A stretch of DNA of 64,000 nt from Candidatus Sumerlaeales bacterium (GCA_038243585.1 JBBSQY010000009.1:10858-74857), one strand, 5' to 3'. Counted from the first letter of the stretch, positions 46,901 to 56,368 are shown. A program made the numbers and translations. The notes: generated by a model from the sequence alone, not told the origin.

Positions 46901-48482
46901 CGGCGTCGGTCTTATTTCTCCGCCGCCGCACCATGACATATATTCCATTGAAGACCTTGCACAACTTATCCATGATCTTAAAAACGCTAACCCGAAGGCC
47001 CGGATCAGCGTCAAACTTGTTGCTGAGGTCGGCGTGGGTACCGTTGCCGCGGGCGTAGCGAAGGCTCACAGCGACGTCGTCCTTATCTCCGGACACGACG
47101 GCGGCACCGGCGCCAGCCCTCTTACCAGCATTAAGCACACAGGCATTCCGTGGGAACTTGGTCTGGCGGAGGCGCAGCAGGTTCTCATGATGAACGGTCT
47201 GCGGGATCGGATCGTCGTCCAGTGCGATGGTCAGCTTAAAACTGGCCGTGACGTAGCCATTGCCACCCTTCTTGGCGCGGAAGAATGGGGATGCGCCACC
47301 GCCCCTCTGGTCGCTAGCGGCTGCATCATGATGCGCAAATGCCACCTCAATACCTGCCCCGTGGGTGTCGCAACTCAGGATCCTATCCTGCGGGCCAAGT
47401 TCGACGGTAAACCCGAATATGTTATTAACTTCTTCTATTTTCTCGCTCAGGAATTGCGGGAGATCATGGCCGAGCTTGGATTCAGAACAATTTCTGAAAT
47501 GGTTGGGCGCAGCGATCTGCTTGAAATGGAAGAGGCCATCGATCATTGGAAAACCAAAGGTCTGGATTTCTCGGCCATCTTCGCTTTTCCGGAAATGGGT
47601 ACGAACGAAGCGCGCATTAAGACAAAGGAGCAGGATCATTCGCTGGACAAGGCCTTGGATAATGACCTTATCCGCCTGGCGGAACCGGCTCTCGCTCGAG
47701 GCGAACATGTAAATATTGAAATGCCAATAACAAATGTTCGCCGTACTGTCGGAACAATGCTTTCCAGCGCGGTTGCTCAGCGATACGGTGCAGACGGACT
47801 GCCGCCTGACACTATTAATATCAAGCTTACCGGTTCAGCCGGCCAAAGTTTTGGTGCATTCCTTAATAAAGGCATCAGCATTACACTCGAAGGCGACGCC
47901 AATGATTATGTGGCCAAGGGTATGACGGGCGGGCGCATTGTGTTGTATCCACCAGCAGGCTCGACCTTTAAGGCTGAGGAAAACATAATCGTCGGAAACA
48001 CCTGTCTCTACGGGGCAACGGGCGGCGAAGTTTATGTCCGGGGCCTGGCAGGCGAGAGGTTCGCCGTTAGAAACAGCGGCTGCTCTACGGTCATCGAAGG
48101 CGTAGGCGACCACGGTTGTGAATACATGACAGGCGGCTACGCCGTGGTGCTGGGCCAGACCGGGCGGAACTTTGCGGCGGGTATGAGCGGCGGCATTGCG
48201 TTTGTCTTTGACGAAGACGGCGGCTTCGAAAGCCGGTGCAATCTGGCGATGGTTGATCTGGAAGAGGTGACGGACGAGCGCGATATTAAAGATCTGCGTA
48301 AGTTTATCGAACGTCACATTGAGTATACCGGCAGCGCAAAAGGTGCGGCTATTCTGGCGGAATGGTCAGAGAACCTTCGACGGTTTGTGAAAGTAATGCC
48401 GACTGATTACAAGGCGGCGCTTCGGCTGCTTGAAGAGGAGCGCCAGAAAGCGGAACGGGACTTGGAGGGTATCCCAGCCTGA
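43908..48482 (+). CDS. gltB: Glutamate synthase large subunit
   Basis: The N-terminus has the Ntn amidotransferase Cys (HEHDACGVGFVVD). The central, FMN-binding (GEGG...KMAQGAKPGEGGQLPG) and GXGXG C-terminal domains are all present. Length is 1524 aa. Confidence 0.97.
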   Translation: MKKKNGLPEATGLYDPNHEHDACGVGFVVDIKGRKSHDIIRQALQVLDNLTHRGACGCDPDTGDGAGILFQLPHEFFKLECAKLGIDLCEAGHYGVGMMFLPVEDDIRRQCEATLEKVIKAEGQTLLGWRDVPVNPAAVGPVAREAMPVIRQVFVGRGKETQTDDEFERKLYLIRKVANYQIRTSDPDSTELYYACSFSSRTIIYKGMLISYQMDHFFPDLKDPAVASALGLVHSRFSTNTFPSWELAHPYRMIAHNGEINTVRGNRNWMTSRFPSLKSPRFPNPEELRPIVTETGSDSATLDNALEFFVMGGRDLTHAVTMLVPEAWTGDPAMDPAKRAYYEYHACLMEPWDGPAAICFTDGVQIGATLDRNGLRPGRYWVMKDGRLIFASETGVLDEPADQVLYKGKMQPGKMLLVDTVEGRLIGDEEIKAGLAGKANYTAWIRDNVIELDDIPDPAPEKIPHPKGESLLHLQQAFGYTLEDLRILLAPMGATGMEALGSMGTDTPLAVLSERPQLLYSYFKQLFAQVTNPPIDSIREEMVMSTWNYLGKMHNILEETPQHCHLVRVKHVVLTNEQLEKIRSVDVGDFQSVTLPMVFDPAAGEAGLAMALESLFAKAEEACRKGVNIIILSDRDVDAEHAPIPALLATAGLHHHLIRAGVRGDAGIVVETGEAREMMHFALLIGYGAGAINPYLAFDTLDEMLATGQIPEELNPADLNHEKLVKNYVKSVDKAILKIIAKMGISTVQSYQAAQIFEAIGLNQEVIDKYFTWTASRIQGVGLETIAREVLMRHHHAYPEDRTNQVDMLDWGGQYHWRRNGEHHLFNPDTVFKLQHSTRTGDYNVYRDYARSINEQTKHLCTLRGLFKFKKCNPVPIEEVESIGEIVKRFATGAMSLGSISTEAHENLAIAMNRIGGKSNTGEGGEDPRRFEKDANGDWRRSAIKQVASGRFGVTIHYLNNADELQIKMAQGAKPGEGGQLPGYKVDKYIGWLRHATPGVGLISPPPHHDIYSIEDLAQLIHDLKNANPKARISVKLVAEVGVGTVAAGVAKAHSDVVLISGHDGGTGASPLTSIKHTGIPWELGLAEAQQVLMMNGLRDRIVVQCDGQLKTGRDVAIATLLGAEEWGCATAPLVASGCIMMRKCHLNTCPVGVATQDPILRAKFDGKPEYVINFFYFLAQELREIMAELGFRTISEMVGRSDLLEMEEAIDHWKTKGLDFSAIFAFPEMGTNEARIKTKEQDHSLDKALDNDLIRLAEPALARGEHVNIEMPITNVRRTVGTMLSSAVAQRYGADGLPPDTINIKLTGSAGQSFGAFLNKGISITLEGDANDYVAKGMTGGRIVLYPPAGSTFKAEENIIVGNTCLYGATGGEVYVRGLAGERFAVRNSGCSTVIEGVGDHGCEYMTGGYAVVLGQTGRNFAAGMSGGIAFVFDEDGGFESRCNLAMVDLEEVTDERDIKDLRKFIERHIEYTGSAKGAAILAEWSENLRRFVKVMPTDYKAALRLLEEERQKAERDLEGIPA

Positions 48483-48498
48483 GTAACATGCCAGGCCC

Positions 48499-48526
48499 TT
48501 TGCACCTGACGCCACGCGGCTATAAT
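48499..48526 (+). promoter_or_regulatory. Possible sigma-70 type promoter for the downstream hypothetical gene
   Basis: TTTGCA, a 16-nt spacer, then TATAAT (48521-48526), about 90 nt upstream of the ATG at 48616. This is a pattern match only. Confidence 0.3.
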
Positions 48527-48615
48527 CTGCTGCGATCACATGGGTGAAATTATGGCACAAGCCTTGCCTTACTTTTCCACAGAAGATATTTAAATTCAAC
48601 TGTGGAGGAGCAACT

Positions 48616-49191
48616 ATGCTCGATTCAGCGCGGGATGTTTTAAGAAAATATGTAAGTGATATGGTCGGCGTGGTCCGCCATGTCCACGAAGCAATCGAGC
48701 GCCAGCTGAAAGACGACGACGCTGCCAAGTTCCCGGAAATTAAGGCACTTTTGGCAGAGATTTCCGCAGAGCTTAACACGCAGAGAAGTCATCTGGAAGG
48801 CTTGGCCAAAGAGATCGAGGCTGGTCATTTCGCTACCGCCAAAGAGGCCGTTACGGCAGCTGCTGGCGTCTTAGCCGGGTTGTACGATAGCCTTCGCAGT
48901 CATCCTATAAGCAAAGATTTGCGCGATGATTATGTCGCACTTACGCTGTGTTGCGTCGCCTACGAAATGCTTCATGCCACAGGCCTTGCTGTCAAACACG
49001 TGCCAACCGCAGAACTTGCTCTGCGCCATTTGAAGCAATTGACCCCGTTTGTGAATCGCATCGGGCAGCAAATTCCCGGAGTGGTAGTTCGCGAACTGTC
49101 GGAGCAGGGTGTAGAAGTTGACACCGAATCAGCTGCGATCGCCGCCCGAAACAATCATGACGCCTGGTCATCCTCCGGATCTACAAGCTAA
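48616..49191 (+). CDS. Hypothetical helical protein (possibly ferritin-like/DUF892-type four-helix bundle)
   Basis: GGAGGAG lies upstream of the ATG at 48616. The composition is all-helical. The resemblance to YciE/YciF is weak, and the fold assignment is a guess. Confidence 0.6.
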   Translation: MLDSARDVLRKYVSDMVGVVRHVHEAIERQLKDDDAAKFPEIKALLAEISAELNTQRSHLEGLAKEIEAGHFATAKEAVTAAAGVLAGLYDSLRSHPISKDLRDDYVALTLCCVAYEMLHATGLAVKHVPTAELALRHLKQLTPFVNRIGQQIPGVVVRELSEQGVEVDTESAAIAARNNHDAWSSSGSTS

Positions 49192-49269
49192 GGGAGACAC
49201 TCCTCCAGTATGACAGGTGATATGGGTGGCTTTGCTAATGCCTTACAATTCTGAACGAAAGATTTTTCG

Positions 49270-50358
49270 ATGAGCAATCATGATGATGTTTCCGAAGCAT
49301 TGAACCGGAGAGAATTCGTAAAGCGGGCAAGCCTGTTTGGCGCCGGCATGGTTACTGCCATGTCGGCTGCCCAGCATTTGGGGGCCCAGGAAACGACAAA
49401 CACGTCCGCGCCCGCAACACCCCCGAAAAACTTACAGCCGATCCCGCGTCGCAAGTTTGGAAAGCATGACGACATGGTTTCCATTATCGGTGTGGGCGGA
49501 CACCATCTGGGGATTCCCGATGAGCCGACGGCAATTCGTATCGTTCATGAGGCCATGGATCATGGGATTAATTTCATGGACAACTGTTGGGATTACCACA
49601 ACGGTGTCAGCGAAGAACGCATGGGTAAAGCGCTGGCATCAGACGGTCGCCGTGATAAAGCTTTTCTGATGACGAAGGTCTGCACCCACGGACGTGATGC
49701 AACAGTGGCCATGAAGCAATTAGAGGATTCTTTGAAACGGCTGCAAACCGATCACATCGATCTTTGGCAAATCCATGAAGTGGTTTATGGCAATGACCCT
49801 GAGTTGCATTTTTCTCCCGGCGGAACGGTCGAGGCGCTTGTAAAAGCAAAAGAGCAGGGTAAAGTTCGCTATGTCGGCTTTACCGGTCACAAAAGTCCGG
49901 AACTTCATATGCGGATGCTGTCCCATGATTTTCCTTTCGACGCTGTTCAGATGCCGCTCAATCCTTTCGACGCAACCTTTCGCAGCTTTCAAACAGAGGT
50001 ACTGCCAGTTCTGAATGAGCGGGGAATTGCCGTCATCGGTATGAAGAGTCTGGGCGGATCCGCCGACATGATAAAGAAAAACGCAGTCACTGTTAAGGAG
50101 GCTCTTGCTTACGCGATGAGCCTGCCAGTTACTACGACAGTTAGCGGGATGCCGTCTCTCGAGCACCTCTATCAAAACTTACAGATTGCGGGAGGGTTCA
50201 AACCCATGCCCCAGGATGAGATGGTGGCTATGGCCGAGCGAGTCAGAAAGTTTTCAGGCGACGGACGATTTGAACTCTATAAAGTCTCCGCCAAATTCGA
50301 AGGCAATGTGGGCCGCGAAGCTCATGGTTTTCCTTCCCATAAAGAAATGGCCGGATGA
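49270..50358 (+). CDS. Aldo/keto reductase with a twin-arginine (Tat) signal peptide
   Basis: Tat motif: NRREFVKRASLFGAGMVTAMSAAQHLGA. AKR core: GVGGHHLG, INFMDNCWDYHNG, DLWQIHEV, VRYVGFTGH. Confidence 0.88.
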   Translation: MSNHDDVSEALNRREFVKRASLFGAGMVTAMSAAQHLGAQETTNTSAPATPPKNLQPIPRRKFGKHDDMVSIIGVGGHHLGIPDEPTAIRIVHEAMDHGINFMDNCWDYHNGVSEERMGKALASDGRRDKAFLMTKVCTHGRDATVAMKQLEDSLKRLQTDHIDLWQIHEVVYGNDPELHFSPGGTVEALVKAKEQGKVRYVGFTGHKSPELHMRMLSHDFPFDAVQMPLNPFDATFRSFQTEVLPVLNERGIAVIGMKSLGGSADMIKKNAVTVKEALAYAMSLPVTTTVSGMPSLEHLYQNLQIAGGFKPMPQDEMVAMAERVRKFSGDGRFELYKVSAKFEGNVGREAHGFPSHKEMAG

Positions 50359-50405
50359 TTTGTGGCCTGACCCAACTTGTTCAAATACAGTTCTCGTAAG
50401 CTCTC

Positions 50406-52007
50406 CTAGTTTCCAAGCAACAATAGCGTGATGGAGTGGGGCGGGCAAAGCCACTTCAGCTCTGACTGAGTCAGTTCGGTTGATACCGGGGTTATATTAT
50501 AAGGCTTCTGAAAGTCGTTCTTTGCATAGATGTCTTCATGGTGGAGAGTCCAGGAATTCTCTATTTTCATCTTACGGAACGAATCTAGAACCAAGCTAAC
50601 AGCGGCTTCATTTTCTGGATGTTTGTTAATCAGAGAGATCGTAAGCCGGCCATCTTTTCGCATTGCCGCGGTGGCGTCTAGCCAGTTCCGCTGGCCGTTA
50701 ACAAAGTCAGCAGGTGGTTTTCGGCCCGGCGCAGCAGTTATGGGAACCGGGGGTTCAACGGTAGGTCCTTCCACTAATACGGGGAGGGCAGCGCCTTGCA
50801 TCCACTCGGCGTACTGTTTAAAAAGGTAAGCTGCCGGAGTCCACACCACAAGGTCTTTGTTAACCAGCAGAGTTGCATTCCCGTTTACCAGGAAAACATG
50901 ATTGGCCATATGGACACGTGGGCTTAAGCGGATCATAGCGTTAAAAAATGAACCGATAAAGATCGAGTCCTGAAGGGTGCGAGGACTTTTACGGTTTTGT
51001 TTTCCGTCGTAAAAATGACGGATATTCCATTCGTCTATAGAGAGATTGATAGGCGTTGCACGATTAAGTGATGAGGTGGCTTGATCGACTGTTTCTATCA
51101 TGCGCCGAAGTCTATTTTCCAAGTAGTCCGGCGTAAAGACAAAAGCCTCATATTCCGAGCCGGCATAGACGGTCGACACTCCATACATATGTACTGTCAG
51201 AAGGTCTATATCCTGTCCAGCTTTCGAAAGCACGGCGGAGTCCCAGGCCCGATCGTTTCCCTCTTCTGATCCCACGCCAAGAATCTTTATCGTAGGGTCC
51301 TGCCTACGCATAGCCTTCGCCCATACACTCAGACTTGTGCCATAAGTGTCCGCATCTGAGTGTCCGGCTTCCCAGTGTCCCCAAGTCTCATTGCCGATAC
51401 CCCAATACTTTACGTCCCAGGGTTCGTCTCGGCCATTGCTGCTACGTCGTGCACCCTGCGGTGTATCTTTTGCCCCATTGCAGTATTCCAGCCAACGGAC
51501 CGCCTCCGGAATAGTGCCGGTGCCGAGATTAACGTTTATATACGGAGTTGTGCTCGAAAGGTGGCACCAATGCAGAAACTCATCCGTTCCGAACTGGTTC
51601 GGCTCCGTGCCACCCCAATGCCTGTTTATCTGGGGAACTCGATTATGCTGTGGACCTATGGCGTCTTCCCAATGGTACACATCAGCAAAGCACCCCCCCG
51701 GCCACCTGACCACGGGAACTTTGAGAGCAGCTACGTTGGAAGTTACATCAAGACGAATTCCCATGGGATTGGCGGAGCGGTGTTGGTTGTCCCACAGCGA
51801 CGGGTAAATCGTTTCTTCGTCGGCCTGAACGTGTTCCAGATATTGTCCGTATATGAGCGGCGAAATATCGCCAATGGGAGAAGCACTGGTGAGTGTTACC
51901 GTGGTGTTAAAAGAGGAAGAACACCATGCTGGTACGGGAATTAAAGTCAGGCATAGCGCCATGGCTACGGAGGGAAATAGGCGGAAAAGCATAACTACTC
52001 GTTTCAT
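50406..52007 (-). CDS. Secreted GH51 alpha-L-arabinofuranosidase
   Basis: A signal peptide is present. Motifs: VVRWPGGCFADVYHWEDAIGP, YWGIGNETWG (acid/base Glu), LSIDEWNI (nucleophile Glu). Confidence 0.85.
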   Translation of the reverse strand: MKRVVMLFRLFPSVAMALCLTLIPVPAWCSSSFNTTVTLTSASPIGDISPLIYGQYLEHVQADEETIYPSLWDNQHRSANPMGIRLDVTSNVAALKVPVVRWPGGCFADVYHWEDAIGPQHNRVPQINRHWGGTEPNQFGTDEFLHWCHLSSTTPYINVNLGTGTIPEAVRWLEYCNGAKDTPQGARRSSNGRDEPWDVKYWGIGNETWGHWEAGHSDADTYGTSLSVWAKAMRRQDPTIKILGVGSEEGNDRAWDSAVLSKAGQDIDLLTVHMYGVSTVYAGSEYEAFVFTPDYLENRLRRMIETVDQATSSLNRATPINLSIDEWNIRHFYDGKQNRKSPRTLQDSIFIGSFFNAMIRLSPRVHMANHVFLVNGNATLLVNKDLVVWTPAAYLFKQYAEWMQGAALPVLVEGPTVEPPVPITAAPGRKPPADFVNGQRNWLDATAAMRKDGRLTISLINKHPENEAAVSLVLDSFRKMKIENSWTLHHEDIYAKNDFQKPYNITPVSTELTQSELKWLCPPHSITLLLLGN

Positions 52008-52070
52008 CGTACCCTTGAGTTATGTCAATAATAAGAGTTGATTTTTCCTCGCCGGAAACTACCTGCAACA

Positions 52071-52102
52071 ACGAAGAAAGGCGCTCCCACTTCGGAAGCG
52101 CC
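52071..52102 (-). terminator. Intrinsic terminator after the DEAD-box helicase gene
   Basis: On the minus strand, GGCGCTTCC-GAAGT-GGGAGCGCC forms 9 bp including one G-U pair, followed by TTTCTTCGTTGTT. Confidence 0.65.
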
Positions 52103-52148
52103 TCGTTAAATTGCTGTTAGAGTTTAAACGTTACTAATCACTACTGGG

Positions 52149-53801
52149 TTATCCGCCCGTATTTCCTGATCCGCCGGACCCACGAGATCCGCCGCCGCCG
52201 GAACGTCGTCTACCACCACCGCCGCCACCGCTTCTACGCGGACCGGAACTGCTACCACTTTTCCCATCGCGCGAGAAATCACCAGACTTTTCACGGGGTT
52301 TGGAGGGCTTCGGAGGAGGGGGCTTCGGTTTTTCACGAACTTCGCCCGGAGCCAGTACCGGCTCATGTAACGATGCGTGATAAAATTGATCCAGCAACAT
52401 CGCGATAACGTCAACCTCTTCACTGTCTTCCGCCAGATGGCGGGCCAAGGGCACAAACCGCTTAATGCGTTCGCGGGTCAGAGTGTCAATGTCTCTAAGT
52501 TTTTGTTCAAGCAGCGCAGTCGTTCGCTCCGCAACCACAATTGCGACATCTTCCTCTGTCGGAATTTCCTTCTTTTCCATTTCAATTTCAAAGCGTTTGG
52601 AAACCCGATGGAGTTCTGCAAGCTCCTGAAAGCTGACAAGAGAGATGGCAGTGCCAGATGCCCCGGCTCGGCCGGTGCGGCCTGCGCGGTGAACATAGGA
52701 TTCCAGGTCGTCCGGAAACTCATACAGCAGAACGTGGGTCAGATGGCTGATATCCAGACCACGTGCCGCCACATCCGTCGCGACCAGGAACCGCAGATTC
52801 TTCTGACGAATCCGTTCCAGCACCCGCTCGCGGTCCTTCTGGCTCAGGTCTGCGGTCAGTTGATCCGCGTCGTACCCGAGGCGTTGCAGGATAGAGGTGA
52901 CATAGGCAACCCTGTGCTTGGTGTTGCAAAAGATGATAGCTGAGCCGGGATTCTCCAGCTCGATAATACGCGCCAGCACCCGATCTTTATCCATGCCGGG
53001 CACTTCGTAATAAATATGATCCATACCACTGATCGCAACGTTTCCGTGGCTGAGGCTAAGAAATGCCGGCTCTTTCAGAAACTCCTGGGCGAGGCCGCGC
53101 ACGTTTGGCGGGAAAGTGGCAGAAAACATAAAACTGGCCCTGCGCGACGGCAGGTAACGGCGCACTGCCTGCATGTCCGGATAAAAGCCCATAGACATCA
53201 TGCGGTCAGCCTCATCAAAGACCAGAAATTCCACATCGTCCAGATCCAAGGATTTACGCATCAGGTGATCAAGGATGCGTCCGGGGGTTCCCACTACCAG
53301 GTGAGCTCCCTCCTTAAATGCCTCCATTTGTGCGCCGTAACCCACACCACCGTAAACGGCAACCGAGCGAATGCCGGCTTCTTTTCCAAGAATTTCTGCT
53401 TCGCGATGCACCTGTACCGCCAGCTCACGGGTAGGCACTAAAATAATGGCCTGGCAATAAGGATGAGTCGGATCAAGTTCTGCCATGACCGGCAATAGAA
53501 AGGCGCCCGTCTTGCCGCTGCCTGTGCGGGACTGCACCATCAGATCCCTGCGATCAATCATATACGGCATTGATTTAGCCTGAACAGGAGTAAGGCTGGT
53601 CCACCCCAGGCGCTTAGCGGCGGTCTGCACGGATTCAGGCAGATCTTCCAGCCGCGCTTCAGGCATGGCGTTTTCAGGTTCAACCACATTTTCAGGGTTT
53701 ACCTGTGCATAAGGCGAATGACTTACGTCTTCTACGACGCTTGCCTCAGTCGGTGTTTCTGGAGATGCTTCTTGTTCGTCTTGCGGATTAGTGTCGTTCA
53801 A
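52149..53801 (-). CDS. DEAD-box ATP-dependent RNA helicase with a Gly/Arg/Ser-rich C-terminal tail
   Basis: Q motif region: LGWTSLTPVQ. Walker A: SRTGSGKT. Other motifs: PTRELA, DEAD (VFDEADRM), SAT, ARGLD, HRAGRTGRAG. Confidence 0.93.
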   Translation of the reverse strand: MNDTNPQDEQEASPETPTEASVVEDVSHSPYAQVNPENVVEPENAMPEARLEDLPESVQTAAKRLGWTSLTPVQAKSMPYMIDRRDLMVQSRTGSGKTGAFLLPVMAELDPTHPYCQAIILVPTRELAVQVHREAEILGKEAGIRSVAVYGGVGYGAQMEAFKEGAHLVVGTPGRILDHLMRKSLDLDDVEFLVFDEADRMMSMGFYPDMQAVRRYLPSRRASFMFSATFPPNVRGLAQEFLKEPAFLSLSHGNVAISGMDHIYYEVPGMDKDRVLARIIELENPGSAIIFCNTKHRVAYVTSILQRLGYDADQLTADLSQKDRERVLERIRQKNLRFLVATDVAARGLDISHLTHVLLYEFPDDLESYVHRAGRTGRAGASGTAISLVSFQELAELHRVSKRFEIEMEKKEIPTEEDVAIVVAERTTALLEQKLRDIDTLTRERIKRFVPLARHLAEDSEEVDVIAMLLDQFYHASLHEPVLAPGEVREKPKPPPPKPSKPREKSGDFSRDGKSGSSSGPRRSGGGGGGRRRSGGGGSRGSGGSGNTGG

Positions 53802-53941
53802 GTTATCACCTTGTGGTTCAAATCACGGCGTTCGCGCGGCAAAACGAATTGCCCGCCACCCGTGCAGTAGCTCATTCTGACCAGAGTCATCCAGTACGAA
53901 CATGGATTCCGGTCAATGACTATATTTATCCACAAGGCATT

Positions 53942-54583
53942 GTGAACCAAAATTCTCTTTTTCTTATTCTGGCGGCCCCCGCGTGTGCGTGGCTTTCTGG
54001 TATGGGACTCTTTAAAACCCTGTTCGCGATGATGAGCCTGCATAGGTGGATCCCCGGCGGAGAGTTTACAGGGACACTCGGGCACCTGTTTGAAATGGAC
54101 TGGTTTCTTTACCTTTTAAGCACCCTTGCAGCCATCGAGGTTGTTGTCGACCTGGCCCCGAGATGGGACATTGCCTGGCACCGCTGGAACGGCCACCTTC
54201 GTATTTTCGGCGCAATGGCGCTGTCCTGGATGATTCTCGAAAATGAAGATGTATTCTCTCAATTTACAATGGCCATAGTTGGGGCATCATTGGCCATCAC
54301 CAGTTATACGGCGACCACTTCTGCAAGAAAAGCGGCCATACGGGGCGGAACCGGGGTCTTCGTTTCGCCAATTTCATCCATAACAGAAAACTGCATGATT
54401 GCCGCCACGCTGTTTCCGCTTACAAGGTTACCGCCCTTGACTCTGCTGATGATCGCATTTATGACCATGGCAGCAATGCTCATAATCGGTGTGGTGCGGC
54501 GCGAGGCGCGGGAGACGTTTCAGTGGATATTTACAGGGAAATGGGTTCGTCCGGAGATTACGGATACTTCTGGTAGAGCGTAA
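53942..54583 (+). CDS. DUF4126-like integral membrane protein
   Basis: Several TM helices are present, plus a loop EVVVDLAPRWDIAWHRWNGHLRIFGAMA resembling the DUF4126 signature. The start is uncertain (GTG at 53942 or ATG at 54002). The ORF-track start at 53813 leaves almost no divergent promoter space. Confidence 0.5.
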   Translation: MNQNSLFLILAAPACAWLSGMGLFKTLFAMMSLHRWIPGGEFTGTLGHLFEMDWFLYLLSTLAAIEVVVDLAPRWDIAWHRWNGHLRIFGAMALSWMILENEDVFSQFTMAIVGASLAITSYTATTSARKAAIRGGTGVFVSPISSITENCMIAATLFPLTRLPPLTLLMIAFMTMAAMLIIGVVRREARETFQWIFTGKWVRPEITDTSGRA

Positions 54584-54679
54584 TCGTGGCGTCAATTTTA
54601 ACAAATTTAATTTAACGACCTGACCCGAAAACTAACCAGGTATAACAGATTTCACTTCAGTAATCCGTGTTGCGAAAGC

Positions 54680-55795
54680 CTATAAATCAATATCCGCAAA
54701 GACTGGTAAGTGATCCGAAGGCTTGCTAAATCCTTTTCCTTCCAAGGCTATGGGTTTACAATAAATTTGTATGGAATCGGGCACGACTGCCGTGCGTAAG
54801 CGTGAACTTACCAGGATCTGATCAAACAGGATTGGCCCGGTATTTGTCGATCGGCCGCGGCCTTTGATGTTACGTTCCCGAGCGGTGGGAAACACATTAT
54901 TGAGCAGCCCGGTCGAGCGGTCGATTCGATTGCTGTCCGCTCCCAGCGTAACCCTGTTCTGCTCCCACAAAGGCTGCGCCAGGTTTACCATAAACGATCC
55001 AACCGCCTCATTGTCTCCAGCCCCGGCTTCCGGATCACCAGACTCCAGAATGTTCAAGCTGACGTCGTCTGGCGCGTCATTAAAGTCGCCCATCAACACG
55101 ATGTTTCGCCCTTTTAATTCAGTGCGGAAGGCCTCAACCAGCACCTGCGCCGCTCCATTTCGACGCGGTTCGGTTTTCTCTCGTCCACCTACGCGGGCCT
55201 TCGCGTGAACATTTACCGCCGTAAAAGCGCTCGAGCCGTCGGGCGCCAGCACATTGATAAAAAGTGCATCCCGGCGATTAGGGAAAAACGACTCGTTCAT
55301 TTTCCCCTCCGCCAAAAAGTTTTCATCGTCCGCGTCAAGGTCCTCCGCGATTCCGTCCAGTTTCCAGGGTCGTCGCACCGCAAACGCCAGATCCTGTTTG
55401 TCGCGGCTGTCATCATCAATGACAATCAGCCAGTCTCCCTCCGGAAATACCTGCTGCATAGCAGCGCGATCGTCTACTTCCTGCACCGCCACAACGGTCG
55501 GCGAAATTTCGTCCACAATTGTACGAAGCTTTTCAATCCGGTTTCCTGCGCCGGCGGCGTCCGCGGCCAGATACTTGATGTTATAGGTCATCACTCTTGC
55601 TACAGGAATATCGGTGGACCCAGTGGGGAGATCAGCGTCTGGCCATTCGGCAACAGGTTTCCCATCGACGGAATACCTGAATTCACAGCCCGCAATAACT
55701 ATTGAAATCACTCCGCTCGCCAGCCATGTAAATTTTCGTATTGAAGATCTGGACAGGTAGCGCCAAATTGAAAAAGTCATCGTCATACTCGGCAC
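54680..55795 (-). CDS. Endonuclease/exonuclease/phosphatase (EEP) family protein, probable lipoprotein
   Basis: Lipobox-like: VISIVIAGC. EEP motifs: VMTYNIKYL, VVAVQEVD, LMGDFND, SDHLPVFADIDL. Confidence 0.85.
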   Translation of the reverse strand: MPSMTMTFSIWRYLSRSSIRKFTWLASGVISIVIAGCEFRYSVDGKPVAEWPDADLPTGSTDIPVARVMTYNIKYLAADAAGAGNRIEKLRTIVDEISPTVVAVQEVDDRAAMQQVFPEGDWLIVIDDDSRDKQDLAFAVRRPWKLDGIAEDLDADDENFLAEGKMNESFFPNRRDALFINVLAPDGSSAFTAVNVHAKARVGGREKTEPRRNGAAQVLVEAFRTELKGRNIVLMGDFNDAPDDVSLNILESGDPEAGAGDNEAVGSFMVNLAQPLWEQNRVTLGADSNRIDRSTGLLNNVFPTARERNIKGRGRSTNTGPILFDQILVSSRLRTAVVPDSIQIYCKPIALEGKGFSKPSDHLPVFADIDL

Positions 55796-56083
55796 TGTGA
55801 TTTACATTTGATGCAATGCAACAGTATTATCCTCAGTGGCGCGGTGAAATGGTTAAAGTTTAAACGAGCGAGACGCCTCTGCTAAAGCATACTAATCGAT
55901 AAAGCGCGACGGCTGCACCTTATTTTACTAATTAATTGCACCCGTACTGCAAGATTATGTTGTTTTACAATTGACTCTCTCTGCCTTAAAAGCTTCGGTT
56001 GTGGGTATTCGGCCCGTTTCCTGCTGTTTAACTAAGGCCACAAACACAATCACAACAAGGATTCGCGAGGAGATGCCACAGCT

Positions 56084-56368
56084 ATGATCAAAGCCGAAAT
56101 AGTTAAACGTGTCGCAGAACATTTGAAGATGCGCGACAAGGAGGCCCTTATCATCATTGATTCCATTATTGATTCGATGAAAAGAGTGGTCGCTGAGCAG
56201 GGTCGACTGGAAATCAGGGACTTCGGAGTTTTCCAAACCAAGACACGCAAAGAGCGAGTAGGACGTAATCCAAAAGATAAAAAGGAATACCCAATTCCAT
56301 CGCGTCGGGTTGTGACATTTAAGATGGGGCGCGAGCTAAAACAAAGCGGTGAGAACAACACGGACTAG
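56084..56368 (+). CDS. HU/IHF-family DNA-binding protein
   Basis: MIKAEIVKRVAEHL...LEIRDFGVFQTKTRKERVGRNPKDKKEYPIPSRRVVTFKMGRELK. Confidence 0.9.
   Translation: MIKAEIVKRVAEHLKMRDKEALIIIDSIIDSMKRVVAEQGRLEIRDFGVFQTKTRKERVGRNPKDKKEYPIPSRRVVTFKMGRELKQSGENNTD

Noticed and set aside
46629-47708. A 359-aa minus-strand ORF inside gltB. Similar long antisense or alternative-frame ORFs occur at 4718-5461, 14087-14710, 21744-22325, 24816-25433 and 33814-34572.
   Set aside because: Each lies entirely within a confidently identified gene (gltB, mutL, uvrA, recJ, GT39, DASS transporter). They have the Arg/Ala/Pro-biased composition typical of out-of-frame GC-rich sequence.
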